56,922 nt of DNA from an uncultured Ruminococcus sp. (GTDB lineage Bacteria; Bacillota; Clostridia; Oscillospirales; CAG-382), in assembly GCA_902772845.1 (NCBI GenBank), contig CACYCI010000008.1:1-56922 (forward strand), written 5' to 3'. Shown here piece after piece: positions 17,209-25,947 of the stretch (position 1 is its first letter; each line of letters begins with the position of its first letter). The notes under the pieces were generated by a model, which saw only the letters and a list, made by a program, of their open reading frames with translations, was not told where the DNA came from and did no database searches. Made by a program: the position numbers and the translations under genes.

Positions 17209-19071
17209 TTAGTTTTCCTCCGTATTGTTATTGATTTTGATTGACTTTGGCGAGGTCTTGAAGGCGTTGAACAGAGTTCCGTTGCCTTCGTAGAATTTAC
17301 TGTAAAATTCTATATATTGCAGACGGCAATCGTGCACGTAGGCGGAAAGCAGTCCCAAAGCGAGGTTGAAAACGTGACCTACCGCGTAGATCAGGAAAGC
17401 GAATACATACCCCAGCACGGGTATAGAACCGGCGACCATGCCGGCGAGCAGGTTCATGACCATGCCGACGACGCCGGTCGAAAGACTCAGCGCGAGTATG
17501 CGCGAATACGAAAGTATGTCGCTCATATAACCGGTGATACCGTAAAGGCCCACAAGCCCGCCGGATATCTTACCGAAAAGGTTTGGCTTTGCGCGTCCCG
17601 CGGTCAGCAGGATTATTGCGGCGCCGACGCCGGCAAGTATCATACCGACTTTAGAAAGCGACGGGATGAGCAGCATCCCTATGCCGGTTATGGCGAGTAT
17701 CCAGGAAAGTTGGTCCGCTATGGCGTCGAGCACCTTGCCCGCCTTTATGTTGTAATACATCGCCGTGATGAGCCCGGTGAAGATATGCGCCACGCCCACG
17801 ACGAGCGTGAACACGAGCATACTCATCGGATCTTCCATGGGCGAAAACAGGATCGGGTTCCATGTTTCGCCGAAATAGCTGCCGAACAGCACGCCTGCTA
17901 TGACAGACGTCACGGAAGAGTATATGATTACGTCGAAAATATCGCCCATGGCGCCTTTGGGTTTCATGACTGCTTTAAGTATCAGCCCCAGGACCAGCAT
18001 CATGGCGCCGTACCCGACGTCGCCCATCATAAGCCCGAAAATTATCCAGTACCACGGAGCCATCACCGGGTTGGGGTCGATGCCGCCGTAGTGCGGGATA
18101 CTGAACATATTGGTTATACCTTCGAATCTTTTGACTATTCTGTTGTTGTTCAGGACCGTCGGCGGGTTTTCGCCGGGAAGCGGGTCTCTGAATTCGACCG
18201 AATACACTCCGGTCGCTTTTTTCACCGCTTTTTCAATGCGGTCGGCGCGGTCTTCCGGGACCCAGCCTTCTATAATGGAAGCTTCGGCTGTCTTTGTCAC
18301 CGGCGCGGTCTCGCGGTCGATCGCCGCTTTGAACTGCTCGTAGAGCAGGTCGGCGGAATGGTCGTCTTTTAGCTTTTGCTCCAGCGAATCTTTCAGTTGC
18401 TTAAGCCGCGGTTCGCTTTCGGCAAGCTCCGATTCCAGCGACCTAATGTTCTGCTCTGCGGTGCCTTCCACCGGCGGCAGTGCGGCTTTTTCAAAGCCCG
18501 CTCCGCCAAGCCAGGAAATATCGTCGCCTTTCATAACGGCTGCCACGACGTAAACGTACACGCCGTCGCGCGATATTTCTTCCACGCCCACGCCGTTGTC
18601 GCCTGCCGACTTAACGAACTGTTCGTACGTCGCGCTGCGGACCTGGCCGGGAATGAACGTGACGTAAGCGTCGCCGTCGAGCTGCTCAAACGGTATACTC
18701 AGCGCTTTCCACGGGGAAAGACGGGCTAAAAGATCTTTGGATTTGTCTATAGAAGATGCCGTTTCCGCGATCTCGGCGACAGTGCGCTCTGTTTCGGCGG
18801 CGGAACTCTTTTCGTATTCGCTGATATTGTCGAATTCGGCCCTGTCGACCGCCGGCGGTTCGCCGAAAAGCGATTTCTTCGGCGCATACGGCTTGATGCT
18901 TTCGCGCAGAAGCTCTATCTTTCGCAGGTTTTCCGCGGAATCGGCGGTTTCGCGCACCGAAGTCTGCGTGTCGCAAAGCATCATTTCGCCGCATTTTTGC
19001 AGCTGATCGAGTACGGAGCGTTCATCTTCTTTAAGGCAAAGCACGGAAACGAATTTTACGGATCGGATCAT
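17209..19071 (-). CDS. ntpI: V-type ATP synthase subunit I (a-type stator)
   Basis: ATG at 19071 is preceded by GAGGTG; the track start at 19083 is a GTG. It has a soluble N-terminal half and a polytopic C-terminal half. Confidence 0.92.
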   Translation of the reverse strand: MIRSVKFVSVLCLKEDERSVLDQLQKCGEMMLCDTQTSVRETADSAENLRKIELLRESIKPYAPKKSLFGEPPAVDRAEFDNISEYEKSSAAETERTVAEIAETASSIDKSKDLLARLSPWKALSIPFEQLDGDAYVTFIPGQVRSATYEQFVKSAGDNGVGVEEISRDGVYVYVVAAVMKGDDISWLGGAGFEKAALPPVEGTAEQNIRSLESELAESEPRLKQLKDSLEQKLKDDHSADLLYEQFKAAIDRETAPVTKTAEASIIEGWVPEDRADRIEKAVKKATGVYSVEFRDPLPGENPPTVLNNNRIVKRFEGITNMFSIPHYGGIDPNPVMAPWYWIIFGLMMGDVGYGAMMLVLGLILKAVMKPKGAMGDIFDVIIYSSVTSVIAGVLFGSYFGETWNPILFSPMEDPMSMLVFTLVVGVAHIFTGLITAMYYNIKAGKVLDAIADQLSWILAITGIGMLLIPSLSKVGMILAGVGAAIILLTAGRAKPNLFGKISGGLVGLYGITGYMSDILSYSRILALSLSTGVVGMVMNLLAGMVAGSIPVLGYVFAFLIYAVGHVFNLALGLLSAYVHDCRLQYIEFYSKFYEGNGTLFNAFKTSPKSIKINNNTEEN

Positions 19072-19106
19072 CCGTGGTATCACCTCACAATGTCGGTTGG
19101 ATTATA

Positions 19107-19406
19107 TCAGAGCAGGGAGACCGCAAGATCGGCGGCTTCTTTTCTGTTGGCTGCGGCTATGACAGTAAGCCGGTCTTTTTCGTCTTTAAGTTCGGTTTCG
19201 AACTTCTTTTGCGCTTGGGCAAAAGCCGCCTGGCTTTCGGCCGCTATCTTTTTGGCTTGTTCCTGAGCGGCAGCCACCTTTATTGCGGCTTCTCTGCGGG
19301 CTTCAAGCTCTGCGGCGCGCAGCGATTCGGCGCTTTCGGCCTTGGCTTTTTCTTTGGCCTGCGCCGCTTTTTCTTCAGCGGTTCGGACTTCGTCTAAAAC
19401 GCTCAA
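19107..19406 (-). CDS. V-type ATPase peripheral-stalk subunit G-like coiled-coil protein (E. hirae NtpF position)
   Basis: TTG start at 19406, 6 nt after GGAGGTG. The protein is about 100 aa and Ala/Glu/Lys-rich (LSVLDEVRTAEEKAAQAKEKAKAE...). It is the first gene of the operon. Confidence 0.7.
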   Translation of the reverse strand: MSVLDEVRTAEEKAAQAKEKAKAESAESLRAAELEARREAAIKVAAAQEQAKKIAAESQAAFAQAQKKFETELKDEKDRLTVIAAANRKEAADLAVSLL

Positions 19407-19464
19407 TTCAGACACCTCCGGTAAATTTCTAACATATATTATTAAAATAATACATACCTTATAA

Positions 19465-19493
19465 ACTATACCATAAAAGCGCGGAATGTGCAA
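19465..19493 (-). promoter_or_regulatory. sigma-A type promoter of the V-ATPase operon
   Basis: Minus strand reads TTGCAC, 17 nt, TATAGT, with a TGn extended -10. Confidence 0.6.
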
Positions 19494-19513
19494 GTGTTTT
19501 TTTATCAAAAAAC

Positions 19514-19551
19514 AAAAAACCCGCGGGCGGAAAAAGCGTTCCGTTCGCGGG
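19514..19551 (-). terminator. Rho-independent terminator after CDS 19599-20333
   Basis: Minus strand reads CCCGCGAACGG...CCGCCCGCGGG, an 11-bp stem with a 2-nt internal mismatch, followed by TTTTTT. Confidence 0.6.
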
Positions 19552-19598
19552 TGTGAAAGCAGTTCGCCAAGCGCGCGTCATACGGCGCGCCGCGGCGG

Positions 19599-20333
19599 TC
19601 ATTTTATGTCGTCATAGTCGTCCGAAAGTTCGGCGAGAAGATCGTAATACTCTCCGCTTATGACGGCGCAGTACTGTTCGATCTTGCCGGTTAGGTCGGA
19701 AAGCTGTTCGACGTAATTGGTGTAGTAGGTATCGTAATCGTCGGATTTAGATTTCTTGATAAGCGTTCTTGTACGCGAAAGCAGCTCCGTCGAAGAGTTC
19801 TTCAGCGAAGAAAAAATCGAAGAAAGCTTGTTATACTTTGAAGTATACGAAGAAGAAGACGATATGTTGTATTTTTGGAGCAGCGCGCTGTATTTTTCCA
19901 AAAGCTCTTCCATGGTTTCGTATGCCGAAGCCAGGGTCCTGTCTGCATAGCGGTCGATATATGCGAGCGATTCGTTGACCGCAGTAGCGGAAGACATGAA
20001 CGCCTTCAGCAGCGCAGCTTCGGTGACCTGGACCGTTGTGAACGGAAGGATAGAGACAATATTGTTGCTTTGCGCGTAAAAATGCAGCAGCGCTATTTTG
20101 AACTGAGTGTCGTCGGAAGAAGCGGGCGCGAGCGACGGCTCGGTCCGCGGAACATTAGAAGCGTTTGCTATACGCGAATACGCGCTGTCGAGTACGCCGT
20201 AAAGTCTCACGACCTTTTCGTCCTGCGCCTGAGCGGACTCATGACCGGGCCGGTTCAATACGACGACCGAAAGAGCTATGCATACCGCAAGAAGAAGCGA
20301 ACAGCATGTTATCAGGATATGCGTCTTTTTCAT
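19599..20333 (-). CDS. N-terminally anchored hypothetical protein, helical
   Basis: 244 aa. MKKTHILITCCSLLLAVCIALSVVVL is a signal anchor; the rest is Ser/Leu/Tyr-rich and helical. RBS GAAAGGAA. Confidence 0.65.
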   Translation of the reverse strand: MKKTHILITCCSLLLAVCIALSVVVLNRPGHESAQAQDEKVVRLYGVLDSAYSRIANASNVPRTEPSLAPASSDDTQFKIALLHFYAQSNNIVSILPFTTVQVTEAALLKAFMSSATAVNESLAYIDRYADRTLASAYETMEELLEKYSALLQKYNISSSSSYTSKYNKLSSIFSSLKNSSTELLSRTRTLIKKSKSDDYDTYYTNYVEQLSDLTGKIEQYCAVISGEYYDLLAELSDDYDDIK

Positions 20334-20360
20334 TTTGTTCCTTTCACCCGTAAAAAGGGA

Positions 20361-21347
20361 TCACGCCATTTTGGCAAGCATCTCGCGCGTGACTTCGCCG
20401 CGCACCGGTTCGCCGGCCAGGAAATGAGCGGTCTCTTCGCATACGAACGTGCCTATGCGTTTGAGCCCGTTGTTGGCAAGCCCCGCCAGATGCGGAGTGA
20501 CGATCACGTTGTCGAGCGTCAGCAGAGGATTTTCCTTTGCGGGGGGCTCGGGATCGAACACGTCCAGGCAGGCGTATTTAAGATTGCCGGCGGCCATGTG
20601 CTCGAACAGCGCGGCTTCGTCTATTATGGTTCCGCGCGCGGTGTTTATCAGCACGGCGTCTTTTTTCATTGCCGAAAGCGTGTCTTTGTTTATCATGTGG
20701 TAGGTCGAGGGGATAGACGGAGCGTGTACGGAAATGATATCGCAATTGGAAAGCAGCCAGTCAAGCGTCACTTTGGAAGCGCCGAGCGCCGACATCACGT
20801 CTTCGCTCACGAACGGGTCATAGCAGTATACGTCTACGTAGAACGCCTTGAGCAGCTCTATGTAATGCTTGCCTGCCCAGCCGCAGCCGATGACGCCTAT
20901 TTTAAGGTCGAACAGTTCGCGGATGTTTTCTTTGCCTTCGTTCCAGCCGCCGTTCTTGACCGACCTGTTGAGCGCGTAAAAGTTTTTGCTGGCGGAAATA
21001 GTGAACCCCAGCGCGGTCTCGGCAACGCCTTCGCCCAAAGGGCAGGCGGAAGAAAGCACGCGCACGCCTTTGTCCCAAAGCTCGTCCGAAACCACGGGCT
21101 TAACGCTACCCGCCGCGTGGGCGACGAATTTAAGGCCGGGGCAGTGGGCAAGTATATCTGCGTCGATCGCGGTGTTTCCCCATGAGGTAACTGCTATATC
21201 GGCGTTTTCAATGCATTTTATAACGTTTTCCTTGCTTGCGCTTCCATCGTTGAGCGAAACCTCACCGAGCTTGCCGAAAAAGGCGAGCGCCTTTTCGTTT
21301 ATCACCATGTTCCTTGTTGCGGGGTCCATCAGAAAAGCCGTCTTCAT
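20361..21347 (-). CDS. D-isomer-specific 2-hydroxyacid dehydrogenase family protein
   Basis: GVIGCGWAGKHY (GxGxxG) and ...LINTARGTIIDEAALFEHMAAGNLKYACLDVFDPEPP...VTPHLAG. RBS GGAGG. Confidence 0.88.
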   Translation of the reverse strand: MKTAFLMDPATRNMVINEKALAFFGKLGEVSLNDGSASKENVIKCIENADIAVTSWGNTAIDADILAHCPGLKFVAHAAGSVKPVVSDELWDKGVRVLSSACPLGEGVAETALGFTISASKNFYALNRSVKNGGWNEGKENIRELFDLKIGVIGCGWAGKHYIELLKAFYVDVYCYDPFVSEDVMSALGASKVTLDWLLSNCDIISVHAPSIPSTYHMINKDTLSAMKKDAVLINTARGTIIDEAALFEHMAAGNLKYACLDVFDPEPPAKENPLLTLDNVIVTPHLAGLANNGLKRIGTFVCEETAHFLAGEPVRGEVTREMLAKMA

Positions 21348-21376
21348 AGAAATGCCTCCGTGTATGATCTATTACA

Positions 21377-21405
21377 ATAATAACTGATTTTGCGCCGAAA
21401 ATCAA
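21377..21405 (-). promoter_or_regulatory. possible internal promoter for the dehydrogenase gene
   Basis: Minus strand reads TTGATT, 17 nt, TATTAT. Confidence 0.4.
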
Positions 21406-21432
21406 TAGCATTCGCGCAAATTCGCCGAATAT

Positions 21433-22674
21433 TCAAAAATTCCAGCCGTTCGTATCGAACAGCGCGCCGCTCTTTGCGTAGAACTTCTGCGTGCAGCGGA
21501 AAGCTCCGCGGCGGGGCGACGTATAAGTCAGCCGTGCGGGGAGCCGCTTTATCTGTTCATCCCAGCGCGTATAGTTTTCGTCGCCGTTCACCTCCACGCA
21601 GCCGCATTTCATGCCGGGCAGCGGCGCAATTCGGGCGGCGAACTGCTTGTTCCATTCCGCAAGAAGAGGGTTGACCGTAAGGTCGGCGCAAAGGAACGAG
21701 CCGCCGGCTTCGCTCATGGCGCGTACCATTTCAAAACTTACCGAAAGCGTTTTGGCTATGGGCTTCAGCGCCACGGAACGGTACCCCAGCGCGATACGGC
21801 CGCGCAGATCCTCGGCGGAATGCGCGGATTCGTCGGCGTTTATCGCCACCGGATACGCCGAAACGTCGGTGTCGTCTTCTTCGGGGAACGGTTCTTCTAT
21901 GACCGCCACGCGGTCGAGTATACGCTGCCTGTCGGCAAAATCAATAAGAGATTCCAGATCGGCGGGAGTGTACCTGCCGTTCGCGTCCAGATAATACTTT
22001 ACGTTTCCGTCGTCGGTCAGCGGAGTCCGGTGATCTTTTGCGATACCGTGGATCGCGAGCAGCCGTTCTTTGTCCCATGCGGGATCTTTGCCGATCTTTA
22101 TTTTTAAAAGCGCGGTGCCGCTTTCGAGCAGCCGCCTTATTTCGCGTTCGTCCACGTTGTAGCTCACAAGCGGGATATGCGCCAGCATTGTGTGGGATTC
22201 GCTCATGGCGGGGACGGTCTCTTCAGGTATTATGGCGTCGAACGACTTCAGGCCGTTTTCCAGCGCATAAAGCGACCATAGCGCAAGATCCACGCCCACC
22301 AGGGAATTAAGTATAAAAGTCTCTTTAACTGCAGTATGAGTTATCGCGTCCGCAAATTCGCGCAGCTCCGGTATGAGCGATTTTATAAGCTTATCAGGAC
22401 GTTCGAACGACCTGCCGCGGATCAACTCCAGCGCGCGTTCCGTGGTGCGGTACATAAGCAGATTGGATTCGTCCTGTGTGTACATGGAAAAAACGCCCGC
22501 GTCCGCCCAGAGCACGCTCTGCGTGGAAGGGCAGACCGCCGTGTGCGAAGCGGTCTGCACTTTTGCCACGGTCTGCCAAAGCTCGTTTATCTGCATCCCT
22601 TTGAACCCGAAAGGGCGTACGAGCGGTTCTCTGACCAGCGAAACGCCGGTCTGTTCAATAGTTATCGATCTCAT
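21433..22674 (-). CDS. enolase-superfamily enzyme (mandelate racemase / dipeptide epimerase-like)
   Basis: I prefer the internal ATG at 22674 (MRSITIEQTGVSLVREPLVRPFGFKG). Enolase-superfamily landmarks are LLKIKIGKD (KxK), YLDANGRY, VIEEPF, NADES and ALKPIAK. The track's N-terminal extension is Arg/Ser-rich and overlaps coaD. Confidence 0.8.
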   Translation of the reverse strand: MRSITIEQTGVSLVREPLVRPFGFKGMQINELWQTVAKVQTASHTAVCPSTQSVLWADAGVFSMYTQDESNLLMYRTTERALELIRGRSFERPDKLIKSLIPELREFADAITHTAVKETFILNSLVGVDLALWSLYALENGLKSFDAIIPEETVPAMSESHTMLAHIPLVSYNVDEREIRRLLESGTALLKIKIGKDPAWDKERLLAIHGIAKDHRTPLTDDGNVKYYLDANGRYTPADLESLIDFADRQRILDRVAVIEEPFPEEDDTDVSAYPVAINADESAHSAEDLRGRIALGYRSVALKPIAKTLSVSFEMVRAMSEAGGSFLCADLTVNPLLAEWNKQFAARIAPLPGMKCGCVEVNGDENYTRWDEQIKRLPARLTYTSPRRGAFRCTQKFYAKSGALFDTNGWNF

Positions 22675-23131
22675 GCTCGAGCACCTTGAGCGCCTTTTCG
22701 GGGACGTATTTTTCGATCGGGCGGTGATAGATGACCATGTCGCGCACGAACGTGGAAGAAATGAACGAATATTCCGGCCGTGCGGGGATGAATACCGTCT
22801 CCACTCCCTCGAGTTCGGCGTTGATGAGCGCAAGGTCCGTTTCGTAGTCGTAATCGCCGGTGCCGCGGACTCCGCGCACCAGCACGCCGTTGCGCTTTTT
22901 TACCAGCTCTGCCAGCAATCCGCGCAGCAGGACCACTTTTACGTTCTTTTCTCCTTCAAATACGGCTTTCACCGATTCGAAGCGGGTCTTTTCGCTGAAC
23001 ATATTGCGCTTTTCGGTGTTTTGCGAGACCGCCACTATCACTTTGCCGAATATCTTTGCGGCGCGTGCGATAAGGTCGGTATGCCCCACGGTGATGGGAT
23101 CGAACGTCCCGGAAACTATCGCGGTCGTCAT
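22655..23131 (-). CDS. coaD: phosphopantetheine adenylyltransferase
   Basis: MTTAIVSGTFDPITVGHTDLIARAAKIFGKVIVAV contains the T/HxGH nucleotidyltransferase motif. RBS GGGGAG. Confidence 0.93.
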   Translation of the reverse strand: MTTAIVSGTFDPITVGHTDLIARAAKIFGKVIVAVSQNTEKRNMFSEKTRFESVKAVFEGEKNVKVVLLRGLLAELVKKRNGVLVRGVRGTGDYDYETDLALINAELEGVETVFIPARPEYSFISSTFVRDMVIYHRPIEKYVPEKALKVLEHEIDNY

Positions 23132-23157
23132 AATATATCACTCCCCGTACTGATATT

Positions 23158-23691
23158 TCAAAATCTAAAGATCGTGACGTACGTCTTGCCGTATTTGTAA
23201 ATGCGGTTGTTCACGCCGTCGGGCGGAACGGGCAGGCCGGACGCGTCGGATTCGCAGATCACAATGGCTCCCTCCGCCAACACGCCGCGCTCCGATATCA
23301 GAGCAAGCACCTCGTCGAGAAAGCCCTCTTTATAAGGCGGATCGAGATAGACCAGCGAAAACTTTTCTTTCGTGTGCTTAATAAAATCTTTCCAGTCGGC
23401 GTTCAGTATAACGCATTTTTCCATCAGCTTGGCTTTTGCGGCGTTTTCTTTTATCACCGCGCAGGCGCCGCGGTCGTTTTCCACTATATAAGCTTTGGCC
23501 GCCCCGCGTGATATCGCTTCAAGCGCCATTTGCCCGCTGCCGCCGAACAGATCGAGCATCGTCCTGTCGTGCAGCTCGAACTGAATGGCGGAAAACACGG
23601 CTTCTTTGACCTTTTCGGTCGTGGGGCGCGTGTGTTCGCCCGGAAGCGTCTTGAGCTTGGTACCTCTTGCTGTTCCCGTTATTATCCTCAT
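23158..23691 (-). CDS. rsmD: 16S rRNA (guanine966-N2)-methyltransferase
   Basis: MRIITGTARGTKLKTLPGEHTRPTTEKVKEAVFSAI..., LDLFGGSGQMALEAISRGA and the DPPY motif. The start forms an ATGA overlap with the uvrC stop. Confidence 0.9.
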   Translation of the reverse strand: MRIITGTARGTKLKTLPGEHTRPTTEKVKEAVFSAIQFELHDRTMLDLFGGSGQMALEAISRGAAKAYIVENDRGACAVIKENAAKAKLMEKCVILNADWKDFIKHTKEKFSLVYLDPPYKEGFLDEVLALISERGVLAEGAIVICESDASGLPVPPDGVNNRIYKYGKTYVTIFRF

Positions 23692-25505
23692 TTTCTGTCC
23701 TTCTCCGAATAAAAATCTATTATATTTTGAGCCGTATTGCGTGAAACGCCTTTTACGGCGGCAAGCTCTTCGAACGAAGCGTTCTTTACGGCTTTGAGCC
23801 CGCCGAAATATTTCAGCAGCGATTCGGCTGTCTTTTTGCCCACGCCCGGTATTTCGAGCAGGGAAGACGTGGTAAGGTTCTTTCTGCGCTGAACGTCCAT
23901 TTTGCCGAAAGCGGCGTTGTGGACTTCTTCCTGGAACTTGTAGAAGAAATTGAATACGTCCTGTCTGCCGTTGAGCGATATCTCGTTTTCGCCGTCGGTG
24001 AGAGTGCGCGTCTTGTGATGCTCGTCCTTTATCATGCCGAAAACCGGAATACCTATATTCTTTTCCGAAAGCAGGCGCTTTATTACGGCAACGTGGTTTT
24101 CACCGCCGTCGAGCAGCATTATATCGGGGTATTCCCAATCTTTTTCGCTGTGTGCCAAACGGCGTTCGACCGCTTCGCGCATCGAAGCGTAGTCGTCGCG
24201 CCCGGTCACGGTCTTCATATTGAAAGAGCGGTATTTGCGCTTTGCGAACCTGCCGTTTTCCCATACCGCCATTCCGCAGACTATGTCTTCGTCGCCGTGG
24301 TTGGAAACGTCGTACGCCTCTATCCGCACGGGCGGTTCCGGCAGACGCAGGAAATCCGCAAGCGACCGCGCGAACTTTCCGGCCTTGTTTTCTATTTCGC
24401 GTTTATGCAGCATAAGATCGCGTGCGTTGGCTTCCGAACGCGTGAGCAGCTCTTTTTTTTCACCTTTCCGGGGGTACGTCACTTGCGTCTTCCCGGTTTC
24501 GGAAAGCTTTTCACAAAGCAGCTCGCGGTCTTCGGGCGCAAGGTCGTACCCGAGATATATCTCGTGCGGGACAAACCCTCTTAGCGAGTAAAACCTGAAA
24601 AGCAGCGAAGTGACGCTGCCGGAATCCAAAAGCTCGTCGCTCCCGAAAAAAAGGCACTCTCTGTCAAAAATGGCGCCGTGTCTTACAAAAAACACGTTCA
24701 CGGCGGTGCCCAGCTCGTCGGAGTAGATGCCTATGACGTCGGCGTTTATTTTTTCGCTCGCAACTATGTGCTGCCTGTCGCCCAGCTTTTTGACCGACCT
24801 TATGGTGTCTCGCAGCTTTGCGGCCTTTTCAAATTCAAGGCTTTCCGCACACGTTTCCATGTCGCGTTCAAGTTCTTTCAGCAGCGAACCGTAATCGCCT
24901 TTCAGAAAATGGACCACGCTCTTTATGGCGGCGGAATATTCCTCTTTGCTGACTTCGCCTTTTATGCACACGCCCATGCATCTGCCAATGTGATAGTTCA
25001 GGCAGGGGCGGCCTTTGCCAATGTCTTCCGGGAATTTTTTCCCGCACGAAGGCATTTTGAACGCTTTGCGCGCGGCGGAGATTATGGCGTAGCCGGTCCC
25101 TTTTGAAGAATAGGGCCCGAAATACAGCGATCTGTCGTCCTTGCGTTCGTATTCCACCGAAAGCGAAGGGTATTCGTCTGCCGAAAGGCGTATATACGGG
25201 TAGTCGGACGAATCCTTGAGCTTGATGTTATAGCGCGGCATATATTGCTTTATGAAACTGTTTTCGAGTATAAGCGCCTCGAGCTCGGTCTTGGTATGGT
25301 AGACTTCAAAATGATCCACCGCCGCGACCATATGACTTGTCTTGACGTTGTGGACTGCGTAAGGCGCAAAATAGCTGGAAACGCGGTTTCTCAGCGCTTT
25401 TGATTTGCCGACGTAGATTACCGTGCCGGCGGCGTTGTGCATTATATATACTCCGGGGGTCGCGGGGAGCAGGCGCGCGTTTTTGAATAATTCTTCTCGT
25501 GTCAT
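23688..25505 (-). CDS. uvrC: excinuclease ABC subunit C
   Basis: 605 aa. GIY-YIG N-terminus (PGVYIMHNAAGTVIYVGKSKALRNRVSSYF), a UVR domain, an endonuclease V-like domain and a C-terminal (HhH)2. Confidence 0.95.
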   Translation of the reverse strand: MTREELFKNARLLPATPGVYIMHNAAGTVIYVGKSKALRNRVSSYFAPYAVHNVKTSHMVAAVDHFEVYHTKTELEALILENSFIKQYMPRYNIKLKDSSDYPYIRLSADEYPSLSVEYERKDDRSLYFGPYSSKGTGYAIISAARKAFKMPSCGKKFPEDIGKGRPCLNYHIGRCMGVCIKGEVSKEEYSAAIKSVVHFLKGDYGSLLKELERDMETCAESLEFEKAAKLRDTIRSVKKLGDRQHIVASEKINADVIGIYSDELGTAVNVFFVRHGAIFDRECLFFGSDELLDSGSVTSLLFRFYSLRGFVPHEIYLGYDLAPEDRELLCEKLSETGKTQVTYPRKGEKKELLTRSEANARDLMLHKREIENKAGKFARSLADFLRLPEPPVRIEAYDVSNHGDEDIVCGMAVWENGRFAKRKYRSFNMKTVTGRDDYASMREAVERRLAHSEKDWEYPDIMLLDGGENHVAVIKRLLSEKNIGIPVFGMIKDEHHKTRTLTDGENEISLNGRQDVFNFFYKFQEEVHNAAFGKMDVQRRKNLTTSSLLEIPGVGKKTAESLLKYFGGLKAVKNASFEELAAVKGVSRNTAQNIIDFYSEKDRK

Positions 25506-25515
25506 ACAAATTTAC

Positions 25516-25555
25516 AAAAAAGCCCTGAACTCATTTTATAAGATGAGCCCAAGGC
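25516..25555 (-). terminator. Rho-independent terminator after the HPr-like gene
   Basis: Minus-strand RNA reads GCCUUGGGCUCAU cuuauaaa AUGAGUUCAGGGC, 13 bp including 3 G-U pairs, followed by UUUUUU. Confidence 0.65.
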
Positions 25556-25593
25556 GCGTGATCGTCTGCGGCGTGAAAGCCACTGCGTAATGA

Positions 25594-25851
25594 TTATTCT
25601 ATGCTTAAAATAAGATCCACCAGGCTGTTGACGGTCTCCTGTTCGTCTTCGCCTTCGGCCATTATGGTCACGGTGTCGCCTTTTTTGATGCCGAGCGAAA
25701 GGACGCCGAGCAAGCTTTTGGCGTTGGCGCGTCTGTCGCTGCTTTCCACCCAGACAGAGGATTTGAAAGCGTTGGCTTTCTGTATAAAGAATGTTGCGGG
25801 GCGTGCGCGCAGCCCGACAGTATTTTCTACGGTAATGGTTCTTGAATACAT
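25594..25851 (-). CDS. HPr-family phosphocarrier-like protein, Crh-like (Arg at the His15 position, Ser46 retained)
   Basis: ATG at 25851 is preceded by AAGGAG. The sequence is MYSRTITVENTVGLRARPATFFIQKANAFKSSVWVESSDRRANAKSLLGVLSLGIKKGDTVTIMAEGEDEQE.... Codon 15 is CGC (nt 25807-25809). Confidence 0.88.
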   Translation of the reverse strand: MYSRTITVENTVGLRARPATFFIQKANAFKSSVWVESSDRRANAKSLLGVLSLGIKKGDTVTIMAEGEDEQETVNSLVDLILSIE

Positions 25852-25893
25852 TTTAAGCTCCTTGCCTTGTAACATCTGTTTTATCTCAAGTCA

Positions 25894-25922
25894 ATTATAA
25901 CAAATCGAAAACTATAAATCAA
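25894..25922 (-). promoter_or_regulatory. proximal promoter of the HPr-like gene
   Basis: Minus strand reads TTGATT, 17 nt, TATAAT, with a TGn extended -10. Confidence 0.55.
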
Positions 25923-25938
25923 TATCATTTGTATGACA

Positions 25939-25947
25939 ATTATAACA
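25939..25947 (-). promoter_or_regulatory. distal extended -10 element (duplicate of the proximal -10 module)
   Basis: Minus strand reads TGTTATAAT. It has no good -35 at 17 nt; a TTGACA lies 31 nt upstream. Confidence 0.35.

Noticed and set aside
19875-21185. A 436-aa plus-strand ORF running across CDS 19599-20333 and the 2-hydroxyacid dehydrogenase gene.
   Set aside because: It is antisense to a gene with clear NAD-binding and catalytic motifs and crosses an intergenic gap. Its composition (Arg, Val, Phe, Gly-rich) is typical of shadow frames.
21433-22833. The track's long version of the enolase-superfamily ORF, starting at 22833.
   Set aside because: The extra 53 residues are Arg/Ser-rich and overlap most of the coaD 3' region in another frame. 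The conserved N-terminus (MRSITIEQTG...) begins at the internal ATG at 22674.
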